64,000 nt of DNA from Candidatus Aenigmatarchaeota archaeon (GCA_038998585.1 JAVZGQ010000001.1:9684-73683); one strand, 5' to 3'; positions 39,307 through 48,243 are shown, counted from the stretch's first letter. Notes: generated by a model not told the origin, from the sequence alone. Numbers and translations are program-made.

Positions 39307-40017
39307 ATGCCTCAATTATTAAAAAAGTATGATGAAACATTAATAGAAACCATAAAAAGATACAATGAAATAGCTCCTCATTACAGTAGAGATGAGAGAG
39401 GAAAACTAGATAATGACCAAATTTTTCACTTAAAAAAGTTTATAAATTTTGTAGGATCACCCCCAAGAAAAATTTTAGATGCAGGTTGTGGCACAGGGAA
39501 AGACATTCTTTATCTTTCTTCATATGGATACGAACTTTTTGGAATAGATTTATCTTCTGGTATGTTAGAGGAGGCATTAAAAGTTGTGTATAACAAGAAT
39601 AACATACATTTACTAAGAGAAGATTTTAGGTATATGAGTTTTAGTAATTTTGTATTTGATGGTATATGGTGTAGTGCATCTCTGGTTCATTTGCCATATA
39701 AAGATAAACAAATAGCTCTTCAAGAATTTAATAGGGTTTTGAAAAAAGGGGAAATACTTTCCATAGGAATTCAAAATCTTTTATGTATAGATCGCTTAAT
39801 TCGTATTTTCAAATCTTATATAAGAAGGCCTATATATTCGTTAACCAAAACCTTCCTTTATAAAATGGAACTCGGATATGCCTACTATGATAAACGTCAT
39901 TGGTTCTTTCCGACAAAACCGTCTTTAATAAGGCTCGTAGAAGATGCGGGTTTTGAGATCATAGAAAGCAATAATGTTTTTTCAAAAAGGTTAAGAATCT
40001 ATGCTATAAAAAAATAA
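39307..40017 (+). CDS. class I SAM-dependent methyltransferase
   Basis: LDAGCGTGKD motif I; Methyltransf_11-like. Confidence 0.6.
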   Translation: MPQLLKKYDETLIETIKRYNEIAPHYSRDERGKLDNDQIFHLKKFINFVGSPPRKILDAGCGTGKDILYLSSYGYELFGIDLSSGMLEEALKVVYNKNNIHLLREDFRYMSFSNFVFDGIWCSASLVHLPYKDKQIALQEFNRVLKKGEILSIGIQNLLCIDRLIRIFKSYIRRPIYSLTKTFLYKMELGYAYYDKRHWFFPTKPSLIRLVEDAGFEIIESNNVFSKRLRIYAIKK

Positions 40018-40019
40018 AT

Positions 40020-40511
40020 ATGGATGTAGCAATTAAATTCGTATACTTATTAAAAAATATGGGAATTAATTTCGCTTCAGGTGTTCCTTGCGCTGTTCAA
40101 AAAGAAATAATTAAATATCTTTCAAATGATCCGGATATCATTCATATTCCAGCTACAAGAGAAGAAGAGGCAATAGGTATAACGGCAGGCGCATATTTGG
40201 GAGGAAAAAAACCTGTGTTTTATATGCAAAACTCAGGGCTTGGAAATTCTATAAATGCTATTACCTCATTATTAATAGCTTACAAAATTCCAGTCTTACT
40301 TTTAATTACATGGAGAGGATGTCCTGGAGAAGATGCACCACAACACTTACCTATGGGGGAAGCTACTCCAATGATTTTAAATAGTCTAAAAATACCCTTT
40401 CAAGTTATTACTAAAGAAAACATGGAAAAAGTAGTTTCCTTATCATTTGAATATATGAAAAAAAATTCATTACCTGTGGCTATTCTTTTTATAAGAGGCT
40501 TCTCTTTATGA
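40020..40511 (+). CDS. sulfopyruvate/phosphonopyruvate decarboxylase-like TPP enzyme, alpha (N-terminal pyrimidine-binding) subunit
   Basis: 163 aa ComD/Ppd-N-like; GVPCAV, TREEEAIGITAGAYLGGKKP. Confidence 0.6.
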   Translation: MDVAIKFVYLLKNMGINFASGVPCAVQKEIIKYLSNDPDIIHIPATREEEAIGITAGAYLGGKKPVFYMQNSGLGNSINAITSLLIAYKIPVLLLITWRGCPGEDAPQHLPMGEATPMILNSLKIPFQVITKENMEKVVSLSFEYMKKNSLPVAILFIRGFSL

Positions 40512-41074
40512 AAAGAGAAGATGCAGTCAAGTTAATATCTAAGGTATTGAAAGATAGGGAAAATGTTACAATAATTTCTTCTACAGGATTGATAAGTAGA
40601 GAATTATTTAGAATAAACGATAGTCCTCAAAATTTTTATATGACCGGATCTATGGGATTGGCATCTTCGATAGGATTGGGTTTAGCAATAGCACATACTA
40701 ATAGAAAAATCATTATCATCGAAGGAGACGGAAGTTTATTAATGAACATGGGTTCACTTGCAACAATTGGACACATTTCACCTAAAAATTTAATTCACAT
40801 TGTTTTAGATAACAATTCTTATGAGTCTAGTGGCGGTGAATGTACTGTTTCTAACACGGCTAACCTTGATAGTGTAGCAAAAATAGTTGGATATAAAAAT
40901 ACAGCAAAAGTTATTTGTGAAAAAGAATTAGAAAAAACTTTGATAGAATCACTTGATATAGATGGTCCTACATTTATACTTGTTAAAATCGAAAAAAGTG
41001 ATAAAAAAGATTTACCTAGAATACTAAATTTGGTGGAAATAAAAAATCGATTTATGAAATATTTATCTTCTTAG
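40508..41074 (+). CDS. sulfopyruvate/phosphonopyruvate decarboxylase-like TPP enzyme, beta (TPP-binding) subunit
   Basis: GSMGLASSIGLGLA...IIEGDGSLLMNMGSLATIG (the GDG...N TPP motif); start overlaps the alpha-subunit stop. Confidence 0.6.
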   Translation: MKREDAVKLISKVLKDRENVTIISSTGLISRELFRINDSPQNFYMTGSMGLASSIGLGLAIAHTNRKIIIIEGDGSLLMNMGSLATIGHISPKNLIHIVLDNNSYESSGGECTVSNTANLDSVAKIVGYKNTAKVICEKELEKTLIESLDIDGPTFILVKIEKSDKKDLPRILNLVEIKNRFMKYLSS

Positions 41075-41727
41075 TACTTTTTTTGTCCTAACAAGCAATA
41101 ATAGTTTTCTGAATCTACCCAAAAGTCTACAACATCAAAATTTTTGAACACATCTAGCAAAATCTTTTTGTTGAATCTATAATGCGGCATATTTTTTTCT
41201 GGACCACCTAAAATTACATAAGTTCGAGGCCCAATCCATTTGATTCCATAGAGTTTTTCCTTCGGTATATATTTTTTAGATAGATGTTTATGCACAGTTA
41301 TAAAAATGAAGCCTTTTGGTTTTAGAATTCTTTCCATTTCTCTTACACATCTCTTTATCCATCTAATTCTCCCATGATTAAGAGTTCTAATACTTATTAT
41401 TGCATCAAAAAAATCAGTTAGATAGGGCAATTTCTTGTATATGTCACCAATTTGTAAATTAGCCTTTAATTTCTCTTTTTTAAGCCATTCTTTTGCTATT
41501 TTTATACCATAATAAGCTATGTCAATCCCGTAAGCTTCAAAACCATTTTTGAGTAGATAGATTAAGTGTCTTCCAGAACCACAACCTAAATCTAGTACTC
41601 TTTTAACTTTATGTTTTTTAAAAAAATTTACAACCTTTGGTATATCTTCTTGTGGGGTTCTAAATATTTTCCCTTTTTCTTTAAAAATTTTATTCCAAGC
41701 ATTTTTATTTAATTTTTCCATTTTCAA
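41071..41727 (-). CDS. class I SAM-dependent methyltransferase
   Basis: VLDLGCGSGRH motif I. Confidence 0.6.
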   Translation of the reverse strand: MKMEKLNKNAWNKIFKEKGKIFRTPQEDIPKVVNFFKKHKVKRVLDLGCGSGRHLIYLLKNGFEAYGIDIAYYGIKIAKEWLKKEKLKANLQIGDIYKKLPYLTDFFDAIISIRTLNHGRIRWIKRCVREMERILKPKGFIFITVHKHLSKKYIPKEKLYGIKWIGPRTYVILGGPEKNMPHYRFNKKILLDVFKNFDVVDFWVDSENYYCLLGQKKY

Positions 41728-41740
41728 AATATTTTTTATC

Positions 41741-42193
41741 TCAAACTTTATAAACTTTACCTTTTTTGAAATAATATGTTTTTTTATCTGCAGTTAAAAT
41801 ACCAACAAGAATAATACCCTTTATATACGATCCTAAAAGAGCAGCATGATATCTCACACCCTGAGATTTATTGATTTTTATTTTTCGTATAGGGGGCACA
41901 AAATATTGTGATACATGTGTAAGATCTCCGGTTTCATTAATAAAATGAAACCCATCGTGGAGAGTGTTATTTTTTCTTGAAATCTTTAAAAGAAAATCTA
42001 TTGCTGAAGAGTTTTTTATGTTTATCTTATTTTTTGGTAATTTATACATTGGTCGCAAACTAAAATGTGGTATGTTTGAGAAATATCTCGAGTTATATAA
42101 TATTAGTCCCATCCCTGAAAAGTTGTTTATTTCCTTTGATTTTAATTTTATTTCCTTGAGTAATTTTATAAACAGATTAATTATAAATCTCAT
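41741..42193 (-). CDS. minimal stand-alone diadenylate cyclase (DAC/DisA_N) domain protein
   Basis: 150 aa; GMGLILY (GALIVI-like), LHDGFHFI (HDGAVII-like), GVRYHAAL (GTRHRAA-like). Confidence 0.5.
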   Translation of the reverse strand: MRFIINLFIKLLKEIKLKSKEINNFSGMGLILYNSRYFSNIPHFSLRPMYKLPKNKINIKNSSAIDFLLKISRKNNTLHDGFHFINETGDLTHVSQYFVPPIRKIKINKSQGVRYHAALLGSYIKGIILVGILTADKKTYYFKKGKVYKV

Positions 42194-42245
42194 GGTACTT
42201 TATGCTATAATAATGTTTTTGTATTTATTTTTATTATAACAAATT

Positions 42246-43322
42246 GTGTTAAAAAACATAGCACATGCTAAAGAACTTTCAAAAAAATTTAAAATCCCAG
42301 TAGAGGATATTTTACTTATTGCTCTTAACTGTTCAGGTATTAACACAAACCTACCTTTTAAAAGAATCAGATTTAGATTAAGGTTAAATAGTATTCCTTC
42401 AGAAGAATTTTATCTTGGTTTGCCTGTTCATTCAGATTCACCATTTTACTTGTCACAAGAAAAATCTCAATTATTTTTCAATAATAATTTAATTGGCTTT
42501 GTAAATGAAGTAGAAAATGATACTTGTGATTCGACTTATTTTAGAAGAAATAAAACCTACTTAACACTAAACTCAAATTCAAGAAGCAAATGTTATGGAT
42601 GTAAGTTTTGTGGGGTGATTAATCAAGACCCTAACGATGAATATAACTTAATAACTAAAAGCAGGCTCATTAATTTTCTTAAAAAATTTTTGAAGAGCAA
42701 CAACCTAAAAGATTTTTCTCATTTAGTAGGAGTTGGTATTTGTACAGGTTGTTTTGAAAATGAAGAAAAAACTCTAGAGCATATACTGCTAGTAAGGAAA
42801 GTTATGAGAAAATTTAAATTTGATAAGGAGTTAATCTACATTGGTTCTCAAATCACATCTAGAAGTAGTTTAGATATAATTAAAGAAAATGCAACTCCAT
42901 TTTCACTATCTCTTGCTTTAGAATGTTTTATGAGGCGTAAAGAGTTATTAAAATCAATTAAATCTAAAATAACTTTAAGGATGGGTAGAAAAATCCTTAA
43001 GGAATCTATAGAAAGGGGTTTTTATTCTACAATATTTTATATTATAGGCTTAGACTCACTAGAAGTAGTTATTAAAGAGTTTGAAAAATTTTTACCATAC
43101 ATGAATAGGTTCCCAGTGATAAATCTATTTCAACCTTACACTTCATACCAAAAAAATTTAAGGGATCCTGATGCTTGGAGCATTGAATATTATTTAGAAA
43201 TTCGGAAGAAATTAGAAGAATTATTTCTTCCCACATCTCTTAGACCAAGACCTTGGGAAAATTATAGACCTTTATGGTATCTAACATTTGGAAACGAACG
43301 TATAAACGACATAAGAATATAA
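42246..43322 (+). CDS. putative Fe-S enzyme (atypical CYGCKFC cysteine cluster; radical-SAM-like?)
   Basis: 358 aa; cluster C-x2-C-x2-C, not the canonical Cx3Cx2C; no other homology recognised. Confidence 0.35.
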   Translation: MLKNIAHAKELSKKFKIPVEDILLIALNCSGINTNLPFKRIRFRLRLNSIPSEEFYLGLPVHSDSPFYLSQEKSQLFFNNNLIGFVNEVENDTCDSTYFRRNKTYLTLNSNSRSKCYGCKFCGVINQDPNDEYNLITKSRLINFLKKFLKSNNLKDFSHLVGVGICTGCFENEEKTLEHILLVRKVMRKFKFDKELIYIGSQITSRSSLDIIKENATPFSLSLALECFMRRKELLKSIKSKITLRMGRKILKESIERGFYSTIFYIIGLDSLEVVIKEFEKFLPYMNRFPVINLFQPYTSYQKNLRDPDAWSIEYYLEIRKKLEELFLPTSLRPRPWENYRPLWYLTFGNERINDIRI

Positions 43323-43336
43323 CACCGAGTGATTAA

Positions 43337-43954
43337 ATGGGTAGGGACTTTTTACAAAAAACAATTAATGAATTATTTGAGTTATGGACTAGTAACTTGG
43401 ATACAAAAAGAAGTAGAATTAATATTTTTGAAAAAATAAGAGACATGCCTTTTGAAGTAATGCCCAATATATCTTTAGATTATGAAAAAAGTATAGAGTC
43501 AATTCTTGTTTATAAAAAGGGTTCTTGTACTTCAAAACACTTTCTTTTAGGAGAGTTATACAAAAGATTATACATTCCAATTAAATATGTGACGTATGTA
43601 TTTTACTGGTATGACTTAGAAGTTTCATATCCAATTAAATTAAAAAAACTTGCCTCAAAATTACCAGAACAGTATCACCTTGCATGTATAGCATATATTG
43701 AAGAGCGAAATGTGCTAATCGATGCTACATGGGACTTAGCTTTAAAGAAAGTAGGTTTTACTGTAAATGAGCAGTGGGATGGTATAAATGATACATTAAA
43801 TTCAATCAAACCTATAGATATGATTGTTCATGATACTCCAGAAGAAAGAATAGATTATCTTAAAGCAAAAATAAAAAATAATACAAACCCCTTGATTAGT
43901 AAATTTTATTGTGAGCTGAATAGATGGTTAAATGAAATTAGAAGTGGTAAGTAA
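43337..43954 (+). CDS. transglutaminase-like superfamily protein (putative cysteine protease fold)
   Basis: KKGSCTSKHFLLGELYKRLYIP resembles the G.C...A.L...LLR..GIP transglutaminase-core motif. Confidence 0.4.
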   Translation: MGRDFLQKTINELFELWTSNLDTKRSRINIFEKIRDMPFEVMPNISLDYEKSIESILVYKKGSCTSKHFLLGELYKRLYIPIKYVTYVFYWYDLEVSYPIKLKKLASKLPEQYHLACIAYIEERNVLIDATWDLALKKVGFTVNEQWDGINDTLNSIKPIDMIVHDTPEERIDYLKAKIKNNTNPLISKFYCELNRWLNEIRSGK

Positions 43955-44173
43955 AACTGGTTTTATGAACAATATTTGTAATTTGTATCCGTAGACTCTG
44001 TTTATTAAAATTTAAAGTATATTCTTTTACTCCCGGGAATATATTTAAAGTATGGGTTAGATTAAAATATTTTTGACTACGATTATGTAATTAGAAACCC
44101 CTTTAACAACTATATATTTTAGAGCTATAATCAAAAAAGTTTGAAATATTTGTCCTAAAAGTTTTCTAAAAAT

Positions 44174-44395
44174 TTAAAAAAAACATAAATATTTTTCTAT
44201 CCTTCTTTTTGAATAGTTGTTCGCTTCAAGCTTTCTCCAAAACTCTAACACACTTTCATAAGTTTTGACATCTATTTGTCTGAGAACCTCTAAGTTTGAT
44301 TTGATTCTGTGTTCTCGAGTATACAGGATCTTCCATGTTTTTAGCCTTATTCTACTTGCTAATAAATGCCAAAATGGGAATTGAAGAAATAAGCA
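44174..44395 (-). pseudogene. tyrosine-recombinase (integrase) N-terminal-domain fragment abutting tRNA-Asn
   Basis: ...NLEVLRQIDVKTYESVLEFWRKLEANNYSKRRIEKYLCFF resembles the SAM-like N-terminal domain of integrases; the called ORF's first 16 codons are tRNA sequence; there is no catalytic domain. Confidence 0.35.
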
Positions 44396-44500
44396 CGCCC
44401 TCGGTGGGATTTGAACCCACGACCTACCGGTTAACAGCCTCACCTTCCTTCTGGAATCGGGTGCTCTACCACTGAGCTTCCCCCGTATAACTACGAGGGC
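44396..44500 (-). tRNA. tRNA-Asn(GUU) with two short insertions (putative introns: ~14 nt after position 9, ~20 nt at 29/30)
   Basis: Acceptor GCCCUCG/CGAGGGC-G, D-arm GCUC-AGUGGUA-GAGC, loop CUGUUAA, 3' anticodon stem CCGGU, T-arm GUGGG-UUCAAAU-CCCAC; the 5' anticodon stem ACC..GG is split by CGAUUCCAGAAGGAAGGUGA; GUUAUACGGGGGAA lies between U8A9 and the D-stem; the leader carries a GCCCUCG-AGAGA-GCCCUCG direct repeat. Confidence 0.5.
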
Positions 44501-44569
44501 TCTCTCGAGGGCCCAACTAAATTAATATCTTATTTTTATTATATCTTATTTTCTTACATATTTTCAACT

Positions 44570-45856
44570 TCAGGGATACACTCTGTTTACTAGTCTTGGA
44601 AAAGCAATCGCATCCCTTATATGTTTGAGCTTACAAATCCACATCACAAATCTTTCAATTCCCAAACCAAACCCTGCATGTCGAACAGAGCCATATTTTC
44701 TCAAGTCCAAATACCATTTATAGGCAGAGACGTCGAGCTTCTCCTCTTCTATCCTTTTCATCAACTCTTCAAAACTTTCAATCCTTTCCCCAGAACCAAT
44801 TATTTCTCCATAGCCTTCTGGAGCCAGCATATCAACACTTAAAGTTACATTTGGGTTTTGTGGATCAGGTTTGTGATAGAATGCCTTTATTCCCTTTGGG
44901 AAATGTGTGACAAAAAAAGGAGTTTTAAACTCAAGTGCTAAAACTTTTTCTTCATCTGCCCCGAGATCATCCCCATATTTTACCTTCACCCCTTTTTCTT
45001 GCAGAATTTTTATCGCTTCTTCATATTTTATTCTTGGGAAAGGGGGCACCATCTTCAAAAAATCTTCAGGATTTCTTCCCAATTCTTTCAACTCAATTTC
45101 ACACTCTCTAGCAACTTTTTGTAAGATATGGACCACCAATTCTTCTTCAATCTTTACTAATTCTTCAAAGCCACAAAAAGGCATCTCAGCCTCAAGATGC
45201 CAGAATTCTGTTAAATGTCTTCTCGTCCTAGACTTCTCTGCCCTGAATGATGGAGCTATCGTGTAACATCTTCCAAAACCAAAAATCATTGCTTCTCCAT
45301 ACAATTGCCAAGACTGGGTCAAGTAGGCTTTAGAATCAAAGTACTTTAGTTCAAACAAGGTTGACCCACCTTCGCAAGCAGCCCCAACTATTATCGGCAC
45401 CTGGACTTCCAGGTAGCCATGCTCTTTAAACCATTCTCTTGCAGCTTCTAAGACTTTGGCCCTAATTTTTATTATTCTGTTCATCTTCTTACTTCTTATC
45501 CAAAAATGACGGTTGTCTAATAGAAATTCAGGACCATGATATTTTTTTCCAATCGGGAAATCTTCCATTGCTCTACTCAAAACTTTAACTTTTTCCACTA
45601 CTATTTCGTATCCATAGGGTGCTCTTTGATCTTTCTTTACTTTACCAAAAATTTCTATCGCAGATTCCAGGGGCAATTTTTCAATTTCATCAAAAGTTTT
45701 TTCATCTAACTGATCTTTCTTTAAAGTGCATTGGATGAAGCCTGTACCATCTCTTACTATCAAGAATAGAATACCGCCTGAGCTACGTTTGTTGTGAAGC
45801 CAACCTTTAATTTCAACTTCCCCTTCCAATTTCTTAAATATCTCAGCTATATCCAT
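44570..45856 (-). CDS. asnS: asparaginyl-tRNA synthetase
   Basis: 428 aa class IIb aaRS (OB domain, motifs 1-3, C-terminal AGFGLGIERFVMW...AFPR); assigned Asn rather than Asp because it is flanked by two tRNA-Asn genes and an asnA/asnC-like pair, and a distinct AspRS is at 7957. Confidence 0.65.
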   Translation of the reverse strand: MDIAEIFKKLEGEVEIKGWLHNKRSSGGILFLIVRDGTGFIQCTLKKDQLDEKTFDEIEKLPLESAIEIFGKVKKDQRAPYGYEIVVEKVKVLSRAMEDFPIGKKYHGPEFLLDNRHFWIRSKKMNRIIKIRAKVLEAAREWFKEHGYLEVQVPIIVGAACEGGSTLFELKYFDSKAYLTQSWQLYGEAMIFGFGRCYTIAPSFRAEKSRTRRHLTEFWHLEAEMPFCGFEELVKIEEELVVHILQKVARECEIELKELGRNPEDFLKMVPPFPRIKYEEAIKILQEKGVKVKYGDDLGADEEKVLALEFKTPFFVTHFPKGIKAFYHKPDPQNPNVTLSVDMLAPEGYGEIIGSGERIESFEELMKRIEEEKLDVSAYKWYLDLRKYGSVRHAGFGLGIERFVMWICKLKHIRDAIAFPRLVNRVYP

Positions 45857-45890
45857 ATAATCACATATTTTATTTTATAAAAATAAAATA

Positions 45891-45963
45891 CTGCGGCGGG
45901 GAGAATCGAACTCCCATCACCAGGTTAACAGCCTGGTATGCTAGCCTTTAGCACCACGCCGCT
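45891..45963 (-). tRNA. tRNA-Asn(GUU), intronless
   Basis: Clean cloverleaf: D-arm GUGC-UAAAGGCUA-GCAU, anticodon arm CCAGG-CUGUUAA-CCUGG, T-arm GGGAG-UUCGAUU-CUCCC, discriminator G; the 1:72 pair is an A-A mismatch. Confidence 0.75.
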
Positions 45964-46121
45964 ATAGCTCAAGCTAGGAATAAAAACAAATTCAAGGATT
46001 TTTTTATTTTGATAAAAACTGACCAAAAATTAGAACAAGTCTCGCTAAATATCGTTTTGGCAATCACCCTTCACTTTACCACCTTATAATTTTTCCCTCT
46101 TTTGTATTTAAATAATTAGCT

Positions 46122-47108
46122 CTATGGCGAAACGATTCCGGGAACTTTAGGGAAAGGAACAGCTTCCCAAATTTTTTCTATACCACAAACCCATCTTGTC
46201 AGTCTTTCCACACCAATTCCAAATCCAGAAGATGGTGGTATACCGGCCTTCAACATACCTAAATACCATTTGTACTTCTTGGGGTTTTCTCCAGTTTTTT
46301 TCATTCTTTCAACAACTTTTTGATATTCGTGTTCTCTTTCCCCTCCAGAAATAACTTCACCAAAGCCTTCTGGTAAAATCAAGTCAAAATCCCTCAATCT
46401 TTTCGTTTTTGGATCTTCAAGATAATAGAATCCTCTTGCCTTAAGAGGATAGTCGGTTATCCAGAATGGCTCAGAGTTTTGAGCTGAAAGAGCTTCTTCA
46501 GCCTCCCAAGGAATTTCTTCTTCGTCTCCCATCTTGAACCCAAGCTTCCTCACCGCCTCTACTGCTTGATGGTGAGTTAATCTTTTGAAAGGAGTTTTAG
46601 GAATTTTTATATTCCTGTTGAAAATTTTCAGCTCTTTGAAACATTTTTTCTTCAGATCTTTTAATACATAAACAATCATTTTTTCTCCTAAATACATAGA
46701 ATCTTCATAAGTGGCGTAAGCTTCTTCCAAATCAATTTGCCTGAATTCGGCCAAATGTCTTCCCGTCTGTGCAGACTTAATGGGTTCAATCCTTATGTTT
46801 GGCGAAAGAGAAAAAATTTTGTTAATAGAGGAAATTGCCATCTGCTTGTATAAGATCATACTGCTCATGAGTCTAAATTTCTGTCCATAAAAATTTATCA
46901 TCACTTGTTTCGCACCCCTTATTCCTGGGTCAGTAGCAGGACCAATTATTGGGGCAAGAATTTCTATGAACCCATGTTTTCTTAAAAATTCTCTTATGGC
47001 TGTTAAAATTTCATCTTGAATTTTAAGCATTGCTACCATTTTAGGATGTTTTAAAGTTATGTATCTATACTTGATTGAATCGAGTTTGTCAAGCTTCATA
47101 TTCATCAA
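46122..47108 (-). CDS. asnA: AsnRS-paralogous asparagine synthetase A-like protein (class II aaRS catalytic core without anticodon-binding domain)
   Basis: 328 aa; class II motifs (FRAE..., GFGIGVERL) but no N-terminal OB domain; resembles the archaeal AS-AR type. Confidence 0.5.
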   Translation of the reverse strand: MMNMKLDKLDSIKYRYITLKHPKMVAMLKIQDEILTAIREFLRKHGFIEILAPIIGPATDPGIRGAKQVMINFYGQKFRLMSSMILYKQMAISSINKIFSLSPNIRIEPIKSAQTGRHLAEFRQIDLEEAYATYEDSMYLGEKMIVYVLKDLKKKCFKELKIFNRNIKIPKTPFKRLTHHQAVEAVRKLGFKMGDEEEIPWEAEEALSAQNSEPFWITDYPLKARGFYYLEDPKTKRLRDFDLILPEGFGEVISGGEREHEYQKVVERMKKTGENPKKYKWYLGMLKAGIPPSSGFGIGVERLTRWVCGIEKIWEAVPFPKVPGIVSP

Positions 47109-47142
47109 ACTTTTTATATACTTAAGCTAATAAATTAAATTT

Positions 47143-47421
47143 ATGCAACAAAAGCTAAAAAAGGTTAAGGCATTTATATTGGCTTCTTTCACCTATACAC
47201 AAAAAGGAAAAATATTGGATCAAAAAGAAATCTTAAATCAGATTTCAAAATTCTCAGAAGTTGAAGAGGCTCATATCATAAGCGGGAATTGGGATATTTT
47301 GATAAAAGTAGCTATGAGTAGCGTGGATGAAATAGGAGAGTTTGTGGTTAACAAGCTTAGGAAGATAAAAGGAATAGAGAAAACAATAACCTGCATGGTC
47401 TTCCATACTGCAAAAGAGTGA
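47143..47421 (+). CDS. Lrp/AsnC-family C-terminal (RAM) ligand-binding domain protein
   Basis: 92 aa stand-alone RAM domain (EEAHIISGNWDILIKV...); divergent from the asnA-like gene. Confidence 0.6.
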   Translation: MQQKLKKVKAFILASFTYTQKGKILDQKEILNQISKFSEVEEAHIISGNWDILIKVAMSSVDEIGEFVVNKLRKIKGIEKTITCMVFHTAKE

Positions 47422-47423
47422 AT

Positions 47424-47729
47424 TTAAACTTCTTCTCCCACTTCTTCTGTAGTTTCTCCCACTTCTTCTGACATCTCAGGCACATTTATATGTTTGATTA
47501 TTACTATGTCGCCAACAGCCTGAACTACAGGATAAGGAACTATAACCCCCTTTTTACCTCCTAAAGTTTTACCTAAGAAGCCTTCCCTTGCGGCTTCTAC
47601 CACCAGGCTTCTTATTTTGAATCTCGCTAGGTCAAACTCGACATCAGAAACCCTACCACAGTAAAAGCCTTTTGCAGTGAAGACATCCTTACCGAATAAG
47701 TCAGCCACATCTCTGACATTGATTGGCAT
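47424..47729 (-). CDS. PRC-barrel domain protein
   Basis: 101 aa; glycine-rich beta-barrel pattern with an acidic tail. Confidence 0.5.
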   Translation of the reverse strand: MPINVRDVADLFGKDVFTAKGFYCGRVSDVEFDLARFKIRSLVVEAAREGFLGKTLGGKKGVIVPYPVVQAVGDIVIIKHINVPEMSEEVGETTEEVGEEV

Positions 47730-47795
47730 TTGTATTCCTCCTTAATAGAATTATGTTTTAATATTAAATAAACTTTTGTTTATAAATTAATTATT

Positions 47796-47894
47796 GCCTA
47801 GGTGGCCGAAATTTTAGTCGGTATTCCGGTCAAGGCGCCAGTCTGCTAAGCTGGTGGTCGAAAGACCGTGTGGGTTCAAATCCCACCCTAGGCG
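47796..47894 (+). tRNA. tRNA-Ser(GCU) with ~17-nt insertion (intron) in the D-loop
   Basis: Acceptor GCCUAGG/CCUAGGC-G, anticodon arm CCAGU-CUGCUAA-GCUGG, long variable arm GGUCGAAAGACC, T-arm GUGGG-UUCAAAU-CCCAC; the D region GUGGCCGA[AAUUUUAGUCGGUAUUC]CGGUCAAGGCG is interrupted relative to canonical Ser D-arms. Confidence 0.6.
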
Positions 47895-48243
47895 TGCCCA
47901 TTTATTCAATTCTCATTTTGGAAAATAGCTATTGTTTTAAAAATCTTTATTTGAATCTGATAAAAGAAAAATTGATGAAAACCAAAAGCATTAGAAAGTA
48001 TTTTCTTGAAAAGATGATTTGTAGATTAGTTTTTAAAAAATTACTTTCTGGTTACCTTTCTTTCTTGTCAAAAAGAACATGTATAATAAGAGAAAAGGTA
48101 AAAAATTAGAAAATCAGTTCTTTCAATGTTAGATCAAATATTCCTATAAAATAGATTTGGTTTGCGAAGAATAAAATGTTCTTTAGTTTTTGAGGAATGG
48201 AAAGGCTTAAATAATTAATTGTTTCTATTCTTACATAGATAAA

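Larger units (their letters stand above)
38942..44410. mobile_element. degenerate integrated element (~5.4 kb) at the tRNA-Asn 3' end, bounded by a 15-nt att-like direct repeat, with integrase remnants at both ends
   Basis: acgccAtcggtggga at 38942-38956 versus acgccCtcggtggga at 44396-44410 (the tRNA-Asn acceptor/T-arm 3' part); a catalytic-domain-like fragment (YAFTPEEIKKILEVAKP...) with frameshifts at ~39090-39200; an N-terminal-domain-like integrase ORF at 44174-44395; accessory methyltransferases, decarboxylase and DAC genes; the region is even more AT-rich than its flanks. Confidence 0.45.

Noticed and set aside
40020-41074. Calling the TPP decarboxylase pair a phosphonate-biosynthesis (Ppd) locus or coenzyme M (ComDE) locus
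   Set aside because: No PEP mutase, ComA/B/C or other pathway genes are in the vicinity, so the specificity cannot be assigned from sequence alone.
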